From: Gordonia alkaliphila
Lineage (GTDB): Bacteria; Actinomycetota; Actinomycetes; Mycobacteriales; Mycobacteriaceae
NCBI RefSeq assembly: GCF_039542465.1
Contig: NZ_BAABIE010000001.1
Coordinates: forward strand, 372,306 to 396,305
Length of the DNA stretch: 24,000 nucleotides
Direction of reading: 5' to 3'
The notes beneath the pieces are model-generated. The model was not told the origin of the DNA. It saw nothing but the letters and a program-made list of their open reading frames with translations, and made no database searches. Below, piece by piece: positions 15,561-22,891 of the stretch (the first letter of the stretch is position 1; each line of letters starts with the position of its first letter). The translations under genes were made by a program, and so were the position numbers.

Positions 15561-17013
15561 GGCTCTTCGTTTTTCAGAGTGCGTTGACCCTTTCGGCGAG
15601 CTGACCGGAGTGCAGTAGGGACCGCAAGATGTAGTGGTCGAGGTTGCGGAAGCCTTGGGCGATGCCGCGGAGGTGTTCGAGGCGTCCGTTGATGGCTTCG
15701 ACGGGTCCGTTGGAGACGCCGGTGTCGAAGTAGGCCAGGATGTCGGCGCGCCTGTTCCACAGGCTTCGTCCGAGTTGGGCCAGCTCTTGCAGGCCTGTCG
15801 GCAGTCCGGTGCGGATCCGGTGCAGGACCTTGTACATGAGTTTCTTCCCCTCGCGGCGCTGCGGGTGTTCGTAGGCGGCGATCAGCTGCTGGTAGATCTG
15901 GTGGGTGATCTCGACAGCGACATGGTCGTCGTGACTGGTCAGTGACTCGAATAGGCGGATCTTCTGCTTGTCGGTGAGGAGTTCGGTGCGGGTATGCAGG
16001 ATCCGGCGGATCTTGTAGAGCGGGTCGTCTTTGCGCCCCCGGTGCCCGCATACTTGTTGCTGGATCCGTTGCCGGCACTGGTCGAGTTTGCTCGCGGCCA
16101 GGTGTACGACGTGGAACGGGTCCATCACGACCCGGGCGTCGGGGAGTTCTTCGGTGGTGGCGCTCTTGTAGCCGGTGAATCCGTCCATCGCCACGACCTT
16201 GATCCGATCCCGGAACCGTTGGTCTCGGGCGGCCATCCACTGTTTGAGGACGTGTTTGGATCGTCCGCCGATCATGTCGAGCAGGCGTGCGGGGCCGGTC
16301 CCGTCGATGACCGGGGTCAGATCGATCAGGACGGTGACGAAACTCGGGTCTCCTTGTCCGCGAACATGTTTCCATTTGTGTTCGTCCACGCCGAGGCAGC
16401 GGACACCGTCGAGGTGGTCGCCGTTGTAGACCAGGGTGCGAGCGGCCTCTGTGGCGATGGTATTGACCGTTCTCCAGGCGATGCCGAGGTTGGCAGCCAC
16501 GGCGGCCACGCTCATCTTGTCGACCACGATGCGCTGCAGAATCCAGCGCTGCGTCCTGGTCGTGACCACTGCTCGCGCCCTGGCGATGTGGTCGATCCTC
16601 GCGCGGAAGACCGACCTGGAGCAGTCGCTGGTGTGGCACACGTACCGCGGAACCGCCACGTGCAGGAGGACTGGATGGCCGGCGGCAGGAGTGTCGGTCA
16701 GGATCCGTGCGACCCGATCGCGTGGTTGACCTGCAATGTTGCAGTTCGGGCATCGTCGATCGGGGTCGAGGACCTCGCAGAAAAATATGGGTCCGGTCGT
16801 CGGCGCCGACGGCCGCGCCGGTGATCGTGACGCCCAACTCGACGGTTCGGCAGATCGTGTCGGCAACATCGGAAGTAAGCTCAGTCATGGGTCCTGTGGT
16901 GTGCGTCGAGGGTGTGTAGGAACTTCCATGATCACACCCAGGGCCCGCCTACATGTTGTGGTCGCCCACGCTCGTCCCGAACCTCACCTATGCACTCTCA
17001 GATACGAAGAGAT
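15561..17013 (-). mobile_element. ISL3-family insertion sequence, copy 1 (full length)
   Basis: The end at 15561 starts GGCTCTTCGTTTTTCAGAGTGCG. The reverse complement of 16991-17013 reads ATCTCTTCGTATCTGAGAGTGCA, matching 17 of 21 in the core. The right boundary is approximate (17011-17013). No target duplication was seen. Confidence 0.8.
15574..16888 (-). pseudogene. ISL3-family transposase, split by a 1-nt frameshift in an A5/T5 run (16781-16785)
   Basis: The N-terminus MTELTSDVADTICRTVELGVTITGAAVGADDRTHIF (ATG at 16888) continues in another frame as CEVLDPDRRCPNCN...VPRYVCHTSDCSRSVF. The remainder is the 431-aa track ORF 15574..16869 (MDGFTGYKSA..., FDTGVSNGPVEAINGRLEHLRG). Confidence 0.8.
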
Positions 17014-17231
17014 TCCCTAACAGTTGTCAACACCATTGTGAACCGGGACTTGACCTCGCAGCCCTCGGTGCGCCAGTCGACGCCCGAGCCGGCGTGGACC
17101 TGCTCGGCGGTGAGGTCACCCGCGTCGACGGCGTCGACCCAGATACCGACGAGACGGCCGTTCGAGTGACAGGACTCGCAAGATGCCCAGGCCCTGGGGA
17201 CGTTCACGGATGCTGGGTTCGTAGGAGTCAT
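16998..17231 (-). pseudogene. ArdA-like antirestriction protein, N-terminal fragment truncated by ISL3
   Basis: From the Met at 17231: MTPTNPASVNVPRAWASCESCHSNGRLVGIWVDAVDAGDL. This follows the ArdA N-terminal pattern (Tn916 ArdA ..VYIANLGKYNEGELVGAWF..). The last 5 codons or so and the stop come from the ISL3 end. Confidence 0.35.
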
Positions 17232-17398
17232 GGTTGGTCCTGTCTTTCCACCGCAGGGCTGCCGTCTGTCGTTGGGGCCAGGGTTCAGCGACGCAGCGTC
17301 CATCGGTTCTCGCCACGAGCGCTTCGGAGGAGTCTCTGCCGGCGGCGGTGCCGCCGGTGCTCAAAGTGGCGATTGCCCGCTTGCGTAGGGTTCTGGCC

Positions 17399-18127
17399 AT
17401 GGACGAAGGGCTGTGGCGCGAGCACCTGAAGGCGTACCGGAGACGAATGCTGTGGGCCCCTCTGGGCCTGAGCGCGTTGGGCTGTGCCTTCATCGCCGTC
17501 TCGGCCTACGACACCGACTGGGAGTTCAGCTTCCTCGGATTCGCGACCGGCGCGCTCCTCCTGGTAGTCGCGCTCACCCCGGTGACGGTCCGACTGCTCC
17601 CCATCGGCCAGCCAAGGGTCGAGAGGACCGAGACAACGCTGTCGCTCGTAGCCTCTCCACGAGGCCGTGTCGCGATTATCACAATTCCGATCGCGGTGGC
17701 GATGGCCGTCGCCGCCTTCGCGGCACTGACGCTGGACCACTGGCGGAAGCCGTTGATCGGGATCGTCGGGATACCGCTGGCCATCGTTCTGGCACTCGTC
17801 TCATTCGCGGAGTCGCGGTATGAGGTAACCGACAGGTGCTTCGCCCATGTCGTCGACTACGGCGGGCTGGTGTGGGTCCGCGAAGTAGATCGACCAACGA
17901 TTGCCTGGCTCGATTCCCGTTTGATCCTCTACCTGGCAGGCGATGTCACGGTGACCCGCCGCACTCGCGGCAGCAGCACCAGCCGGTCGAAGGAAGGCAG
18001 CGTCCTGTTCAGACTCAGCCCCCTGCCCGATCGGTTGGCCACCGAGTTCGCCGCCGAGGTCGTGCGGCGAACCGGCATCGAGATCAGCTACGGCGTGATG
18101 CCGACCGAGATGTGGGATATGCGATAG
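17399..18127 (+). CDS. Membrane protein of unknown function (about 4 TM helices plus a soluble C-terminal domain)
   Basis: Track ORF 17234..18127, trimmed to MDEGLWREHL at 17399. Coding-like GC3 and hydrophobic segments. No family recognised. Confidence 0.55.
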   Translation: MDEGLWREHLKAYRRRMLWAPLGLSALGCAFIAVSAYDTDWEFSFLGFATGALLLVVALTPVTVRLLPIGQPRVERTETTLSLVASPRGRVAIITIPIAVAMAVAAFAALTLDHWRKPLIGIVGIPLAIVLALVSFAESRYEVTDRCFAHVVDYGGLVWVREVDRPTIAWLDSRLILYLAGDVTVTRRTRGSSTSRSKEGSVLFRLSPLPDRLATEFAAEVVRRTGIEISYGVMPTEMWDMR

Positions 18128-18135
18128 AGCCCAGG

Positions 18136-18270
18136 TTAGACTTCGTCTGAGACGGTGACGCCTACCAGGCGAGCACACCTCGATGGCACCGAACCAGATC
18201 CCGAGGAGACGGCTGTTGCGGGCTGAGGCGCTCGCAGGCTATCGCAAGCGTTCACGGTGATGGTTGTCAT
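18136..18270 (-). pseudogene. Second decayed ArdA-like 5' segment (also readable as a 44-aa ORF)
   Basis: Positions 18179-18218 align with 17124-17163 at 31 of 40 nt by hand alignment. In the alternative frame this segment encodes NSRLLGIWFGAIE, compared with NGRLVGIWVDAVD in the 17231 fragment. An in-frame stop lies upstream in that frame. The 44-aa ORF with ATG at 18270 follows AAAGGA. Confidence 0.3.
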
Positions 18271-18280
18271 GGCGGTCCTT

Positions 18281-18661
18281 TCAGACGGGAAGCAGGTCAG
18301 CGATGCGGTCAATGTCGATGACGCTCTCGGGATCGGGATCGCTGGGCCCCAGGAAGCGCTGCTCGACGTCGAGGCCAAGCAATCCCCGGCCGGCAGCGAA
18401 AGAGACTTCCTGGTCAAGTCCGAGGTTGCGGCCGTAGGCCGGATCGAGGCCGAGAATCGTGTACAAAGCTCGTGCTGCGCCGAAGACGGGATCGGCGCAG
18501 ATGGTGATCTCCGCCCAGCCGGCCCAGCGCTCGAAGCCGTACTTATCGCCGCCGCACGGGCCGGGAACATAGACAACTCGGTCGGCGCCCTCGGCGCGAG
18601 CAGCCTCGGCCGCGTCGATGCGCCAGATGACTGGCCAATGGCGTTGGAATATCTCGGCCAT
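18281..18661 (-). CDS. Hypothetical protein (126 aa)
   Basis: Track ORF 18281..18784, trimmed to MAEIFQRHWPV at 18661. It starts 11 nt after the upstream stop and has GC3-rich codons. No recognisable domain. Confidence 0.5.
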   Translation of the reverse strand: MAEIFQRHWPVIWRIDAAEAARAEGADRVVYVPGPCGGDKYGFERWAGWAEITICADPVFGAARALYTILGLDPAYGRNLGLDQEVSFAAGRGLLGLDVEQRFLGPSDPDPESVIDIDRIADLLPV

Positions 18662-18672
18662 CTCGGTTATTC

Positions 18673-19038
18673 TCACGGCAGCGCCTCCAATAGCGGCTCG
18701 ACGGCGAGAACCTCGCCGGTAGTCAGTCGGTGCTCCTCGATCGCCGCTTCGATCTGGCAAGGATTGGCCAGGTGCGACCAGCACCGCGGACCGGCCACGC
18801 CGTCGGTGAGGACGATGCGGGTTCCGTCGGTCAGGTCGATGCCGACCATCGACAGGGCCGCTCGGGCAGCGTCCTGGGCCATGCCGGGCGAGTACAGATA
18901 ATCCGGGTCAGCCGGGGCCAGGTCGTGGACCCGATTGTACCGGCGGGCGACGTCGGCACGGTCCAGAGTTCTGGCCCGGTCCGGGACGAGGCCGCGGTGG
19001 ACCAGACGTGCGACCCAAGGGTCGGTGATGGCGGTCAT
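18673..19038 (-). CDS. Hypothetical protein (121 aa)
   Basis: Track ORF with ATG preceded by GAGG, 4 nt after the upstream stop. No recognisable domain. Confidence 0.5.
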   Translation of the reverse strand: MTAITDPWVARLVHRGLVPDRARTLDRADVARRYNRVHDLAPADPDYLYSPGMAQDAARAALSMVGIDLTDGTRIVLTDGVAGPRCWSHLANPCQIEAAIEEHRLTTGEVLAVEPLLEALP

Positions 19039-19042
19039 CGCC

Positions 19043-19300
19043 TCAGCCCTCCGCGTTCGCGGTCAGGCCGACGAGGTGCGGGTATTCGGCTGGCGCGGTG
19101 AGGATCTCGACCTCGTAGATTGCATGAACCTCTGCGTACTGCGGGCCCTCGCCGGTTAACGGGATGAGGGCGCCCTGTGCCCAGTCATCGAGGTCGTGAG
19201 TGGGTGGTGGCGACACCTCGACACCGATGGTGTGGGTGAACACAGCGCCGGTGGCGTAGGAGTTCTCGGTGCGGATGGTGAGCGGGATGGTTGCCGGCAA
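19043..19300 (-). CDS. Hypothetical protein (85 aa), first gene of the small operon
   Basis: Track ORF 19043..19420, trimmed to the in-frame TTG at 19300, 6 nt downstream of a strong AAGGAGG. The upstream part of the track ORF is Arg/Pro-rich and non-coding-like. Confidence 0.45.
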   Translation of the reverse strand: MPATIPLTIRTENSYATGAVFTHTIGVEVSPPPTHDLDDWAQGALIPLTGEGPQYAEVHAIYEVEILTAPAEYPHLVGLTANAEG

Positions 19301-19521
19301 TCTGGGCCTCCTTGATCGAGTCGAGGAAGGTTTGGCGGCGGCTATGCCGCCGGTGCTTCTTGTCTGTGTTCGAGGTCGCGCCGACCTACAAACCCAGCCG
19401 CGAACCCGGGCCCCTGGCACCAGAAGGCGGGCCGCGAGCGCAGCACCGAACCCATGTCAGGCAAGCACCTACCGGACCCGCACAGCGAATCCGAGTCTCG
19501 GCATTTCCCAAGGTCACCACT

Positions 19522-19544
19522 CCGGAAAATTCCGGACCGGAATC
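19522..19544. repeat. CCGGAAaaTTCCGG inverted repeat followed by the 13-nt CCGGACCGGAATC, repeated at 22847-22859
   Basis: Read directly from the sequence. The exact 13-mer occurs at 19532-19544 (about 125 bp upstream of porin 2) and at 22847-22859 (37 bp after the lipoprotein stop). Confidence 0.5.
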
Positions 19545-19667
19545 GTATTTCTTGCTTCTACCTGCAAGTTCGCAAATGCTCTCCAGTACTGGCTGGCCAA
19601 CCGGTTTTAGCGTTCTCGCGGGCTCTCAGTCGGGGGCTCACACACGAACACAACGAAACTCGGAGTG

Positions 19668-20348
19668 ATGATGAGACGAGGTTTCACCCTTCTGCTCGCC
19701 CTGTTGGGCGCGCTATCGATGACCACACTGCTGGCCGGCGGTCCCGCGGAGGCCAAGACGTACAAGACCCGCGAAGGGTTAACGATCGCCCTGACCGCGG
19801 CCCAGCAGTCGGCGCGCGCGGTCCCGCCGCTGGACTCCTCGCCGCTGTCGGGGCAAGCGCTGTTGTCCTCAAATGTGCACGCCAGGATCGGGAACATCGA
19901 CAACAAGATCGTGCGCGCCACGCTCGAGGTCGGCTACAAGATCGGCTATGCGGTATCGGTCGCTCCCGACGGAGTGAAGGTCACCGCCCACACCCCCGAG
20001 TTGAAGCTCACCGGCGGGGTCAACGCCAAGGTCGCCCCGGAAGTCACCATCTCCGGTTCAGGAGGCGGCGCGAAGCTCGGCGACCTCGGAGCCCAAGCGG
20101 GCGTGGAAGCGAATGTGATTCCGTCAGCGGACCTGGAGTTCGAGGTCGGGGCCGGCAAGATCACCACCGTCACCCTGGCCGAGATCGCGTTGACCCAGCC
20201 CGTAGCCGACATCGTCCTGTCCGACGTGGAGCTCAATGCTACCAACGCGCTCGGCCCGATCAGCGTGCGTCCATTCGCTAAAATCTCGGTCACCACCGAT
20301 ACCGGCGTGTACGTGTACTACGCCCACGGCCAGACCAGCCGTCTGTAG
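19668..20348 (+). CDS. MspA-family mycomembrane porin (copy 2), Sec signal peptide
   Basis: The track ORF starts at GTG 19665, with ATGs at 19668 and 19671 after GGAG. Signal peptide ...LLAGGPAEA|K. It is colinear and highly similar to the 12859 product, including TLEVGYKIGYAVSV, VAPEVTISGSGGGAKLG and ISVRPFAKISVTTDTGVYVYY. Confidence 0.75.
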   Translation: MMRRGFTLLLALLGALSMTTLLAGGPAEAKTYKTREGLTIALTAAQQSARAVPPLDSSPLSGQALLSSNVHARIGNIDNKIVRATLEVGYKIGYAVSVAPDGVKVTAHTPELKLTGGVNAKVAPEVTISGSGGGAKLGDLGAQAGVEANVIPSADLEFEVGAGKITTVTLAEIALTQPVADIVLSDVELNATNALGPISVRPFAKISVTTDTGVYVYYAHGQTSRL

Positions 20349-20363
20349 GCGGGGGCTTCACGG

Positions 20364-21533
20364 ATGATAGACAGGAAGATCGATAACAACCGACCGGCGC
20401 GGAAGCGGGCATCCAGCGGGATGGGCGCAAGCGTTGCCGCCCTCGCTGTATCCCTCGTGATGGCGTCATCGCTGCTGTCGGCAAATGCGTCGGCCGAAAC
20501 GCCGGCGGAGCGTTGCAAGAGGGAGACTGCCGCGTACAACTCCGCATGGGCGACGTCTTGGGTGAGAGCTCATCCCGGAACGAAACCGGCTGATGCACCG
20601 CCTCCGCCGGTGCCCTACAGGTGCGGCGGGGGCGGCGGGGGCGGCGGCCAGCCTCCCACGTTTAGCCCGGACGAGCCAGCGCCCCCGAGCTCGACGGCAA
20701 CACCGCCCCCTTCTACCTCCGCTGAGCCGGCAGACGGCAGCAGTGGGCCTTCGCTCCACCCGTCGACAGAGCGCAACGAGCCAGCCAACGGTGTCGACCA
20801 GGACCAGAGTCCTGTCGGGGGCGGGGAAAGAGAAGAGTATCCAGATATTCCCGACGACGAACTCCGGAAGCTGATCAACATATCGGTAAGGAACTTCAAT
20901 ACCTCAATCAGGAAGCTACGTAGCGATCTTCAGACGTTCGCCCGCCAGATGTCCCTTCCCTACTCTGAGGTCCTCTCCAGTGCCGAGCGGAATGCTTTTG
21001 ACGCCGTACAGGTAAGTAATCCCAGCGCCGATTCGACGTGTGGGAAACCTGCGAACCAACCAGTCGGTCAAGCTAGAGGAGAAGGTGACTTCTTCTACTC
21101 GGACTCCTGCTTGGGAGGCTACAACCATGGCCACAATGGGATATTCACCTCCCCGTCAGCTACTATGGAAGCGAGCGACGATCAAGGGGTCCACGACGTT
21201 GAAAACGCGGCCGCTTCCATGCGAGTGAATCCGCAAAAGTACTATGTCAAGTCTGAGAACGCGACGAACCACCAGAAGCACCTAGCGGCAGAATACGCTC
21301 TATCTAAAGACGGTAAGGGGTACAATTCGGCGGGCTTCGCGAACAACAGGAAGGGTGGCCCCGATGTGGGGCATTTCAACTGTTCCCAGTTGGTGTGGGC
21401 AGCCTACTATGAGACTTCGAGAATCGACCTCGATAAGGACTCATATGGATCATGGCTCGGCCGGAACGTGTCCCCCAATCCCGGGGTGTATCCGAAGGAC
21501 CTCACCGGGTCTCCGCTAGTTGTGGCGTACTGA
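20364..21533 (+). CDS. Secreted polymorphic-toxin-like protein 2: conserved N-terminal module, Pro/Gly-rich linker, C-terminal YiiX/YaeF (peptidase C92) permuted papain-like amidase domain
   Basis: 389-aa ORF starting 15 nt after the porin stop. Signal peptide ...SANASA|ETPAERCKRETAAYN. C-terminal motifs GDFFYSD, HGHNGIF and GHFNCSQLVWAAYYE compare with E. coli YiiX GDIIF, YSHTGML and QYCSEVVWKVY. His precedes Cys, which is the circularly permuted order. Confidence 0.7.
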   Translation: MIDRKIDNNRPARKRASSGMGASVAALAVSLVMASSLLSANASAETPAERCKRETAAYNSAWATSWVRAHPGTKPADAPPPPVPYRCGGGGGGGGQPPTFSPDEPAPPSSTATPPPSTSAEPADGSSGPSLHPSTERNEPANGVDQDQSPVGGGEREEYPDIPDDELRKLINISVRNFNTSIRKLRSDLQTFARQMSLPYSEVLSSAERNAFDAVQVSNPSADSTCGKPANQPVGQARGEGDFFYSDSCLGGYNHGHNGIFTSPSATMEASDDQGVHDVENAAASMRVNPQKYYVKSENATNHQKHLAAEYALSKDGKGYNSAGFANNRKGGPDVGHFNCSQLVWAAYYETSRIDLDKDSYGSWLGRNVSPNPGVYPKDLTGSPLVVAY

Positions 21534-22810
21534 TGCGTTTTTGCCGAAGGAGGGGGCGGGGGTCGCCCGTCCGTCTGGTTGTCGGTATCGCGGTGTCGCT
21601 TATGGTGGCCGTCACAGTGTCGTGTTCGGACGACGCTCTGCCGGAGACATCAGTTCTGGGGCCCGAAGTCGATCGAATCCCTGAGCGGGCGTACGCCGCA
21701 GTGATGGTTGCGCCACCGATGTTCGAGTTCTCGTATAACACCGTTCAGGACAATTCCTGGGTGGTCTTCGTCGATCGAGATATGACACCCCTGGGGTACA
21801 TGCACCAGAAGGGGATGTTTCGAAGTCAGATCGCACGGTATCGCGACGGAATCGTCTTTGCGGACCACGAGAGATATTTCGTGACCTCCAAAGCCGGTAC
21901 ACGCGTCGAACCCCACGACGCAGGCGGGATGTCACTGCGTGCGTCAACACCGTACGACCTTCAAACGGAAGGCGCTTTCTTATGGCTTGACGACGGTGTA
22001 GTGGACGGCCAGTATCGAACTACCGCGATCTCGGTATCGTCGGCCGGCTCAGTTTCGATCCGCAAGATCGACGGACGGATCGTTTCTTTCGGCAGATGCA
22101 CCGGTATCCCCTATGCCGTTTTCTTCCGCAGTTTCGGGAGCGCCGGGTCGGACAAGGTCCACGAACTAGTTGAGATCGACATGTCCAAGAACCGACCTGA
22201 TATCCCGAAAGCCCGAGGAATCTTCGACTTCAAGGGCTCCGGTGGCGGGATGCCCTATTCGTGCGACAGTTCAGGACGGGTCTCGACGTACATGTCGGAT
22301 GGCTACGGGGTTTCCGAAGGCCGGCCGATCAAGTCCGGGTTCTGGACGGCGAGCGTCGATGATGGCCGCGCCGAGTGGTCCCCCGTCCCGCGCGAACAGG
22401 CCGAGCGTTCTGCGGAACACGGCGGATTACATACTCAATACCAGGCACCCTTCGGGGCGAAGATCTCATGGCCCAGCCATGACGGCATCCGGTACGTCGA
22501 TACCGACGGACAAGTGTCGGAGATCAGGTTCGGTCAGGATTTTGCCAGCTATTTATTCGCCATCGCTCCGGACATTCAGGATCGTAGGGTCCACGCGATA
22601 GCGGTCGGTTCCGGATCGAACAGTATCGCCTATCTGGAGCGCGTCGAATCGGACGGCTTCATCCTCCTGGGTGACGGCGAGTTTGTTTTCACGGACCTCA
22701 ACTCTCGTGAAGAGAACCGCCGAATACCGACCCCAGAGTGGTTAGCGAACCTTGTCGCATCGGACCCCTTCACGGTCAGCGATATCGCGCTACTGGACGA
22801 TCTCATGTAA
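21533..22810 (+). CDS. Putative exported lipoprotein (425 aa), candidate cognate immunity/partner of toxin-like protein 2
   Basis: Track ORF 21452..22810, trimmed to the ATG at 21533, which overlaps the upstream TGA (TGATG, translational coupling). The N-terminus MRFCRRRGRGSPVRLVVGIAVSLMVAVTVSC has a lipobox-like VSC. The rest is beta-rich with no recognised family and has lower G+C than the core genes. Confidence 0.6.
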   Translation: MRFCRRRGRGSPVRLVVGIAVSLMVAVTVSCSDDALPETSVLGPEVDRIPERAYAAVMVAPPMFEFSYNTVQDNSWVVFVDRDMTPLGYMHQKGMFRSQIARYRDGIVFADHERYFVTSKAGTRVEPHDAGGMSLRASTPYDLQTEGAFLWLDDGVVDGQYRTTAISVSSAGSVSIRKIDGRIVSFGRCTGIPYAVFFRSFGSAGSDKVHELVEIDMSKNRPDIPKARGIFDFKGSGGGMPYSCDSSGRVSTYMSDGYGVSEGRPIKSGFWTASVDDGRAEWSPVPREQAERSAEHGGLHTQYQAPFGAKISWPSHDGIRYVDTDGQVSEIRFGQDFASYLFAIAPDIQDRRVHAIAVGSGSNSIAYLERVESDGFILLGDGEFVFTDLNSREENRRIPTPEWLANLVASDPFTVSDIALLDDLM

Positions 22811-22836
22811 GAGGGTTCCTCGCCGTCATGCGGAGA

Positions 22837-22859
22837 GGTATCGATACCGGACCGGAATC
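22837..22859. repeat. Perfect 12-bp palindrome GGTATCGATACC overlapping the second copy of CCGGACCGGAATC
   Basis: Read directly from the sequence. Palindrome at 22837-22848 and 13-mer at 22847-22859, between the lipoprotein stop and the ISL3 end. Confidence 0.5.
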
Positions 22860-22891
22860 TGGCAATCCGAGAATGTATGAACTACATATCC

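Noticed and set aside
15131-16888. 585-aa minus-strand track ORF spanning the ISL3 element and beyond
   Set aside because: Only its first 36 codons or so (MTELTSDV...THIF) are genuine ISL3 transposase N-terminus. The rest is an Arg/Pro-rich alternative frame of the transposase gene.
15553-17021. Search for target-site duplications flanking ISL3 copy 1 and IS1380 (11268-11271 / 12641-12644)
   Set aside because: The flanking bases differ (GGGAAAGT vs ATTCCCTA; GCGG vs GAGA), so no duplication can be claimed. The exact IS termini remain approximate.
20625-20648. GGC/GGG repeat tract encoding eight consecutive glycines in toxin-like protein 2, considered as a phase-variation switch
   Set aside because: The tract is an imperfect mix of GGC and GGG codons rather than a pure homopolymer or short tandem repeat. 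In-frame slippage would only alter linker length, and nothing in this window shows variability.
21452-21532. Upstream extension (27 codons) of the lipoprotein ORF overlapping the end of the toxin-like gene
   Set aside because: The ATG at 21533 gives a standard positively charged n-region, h-region and Cys signal. It also forms a TGATG coupling junction, so the extension is unnecessary.
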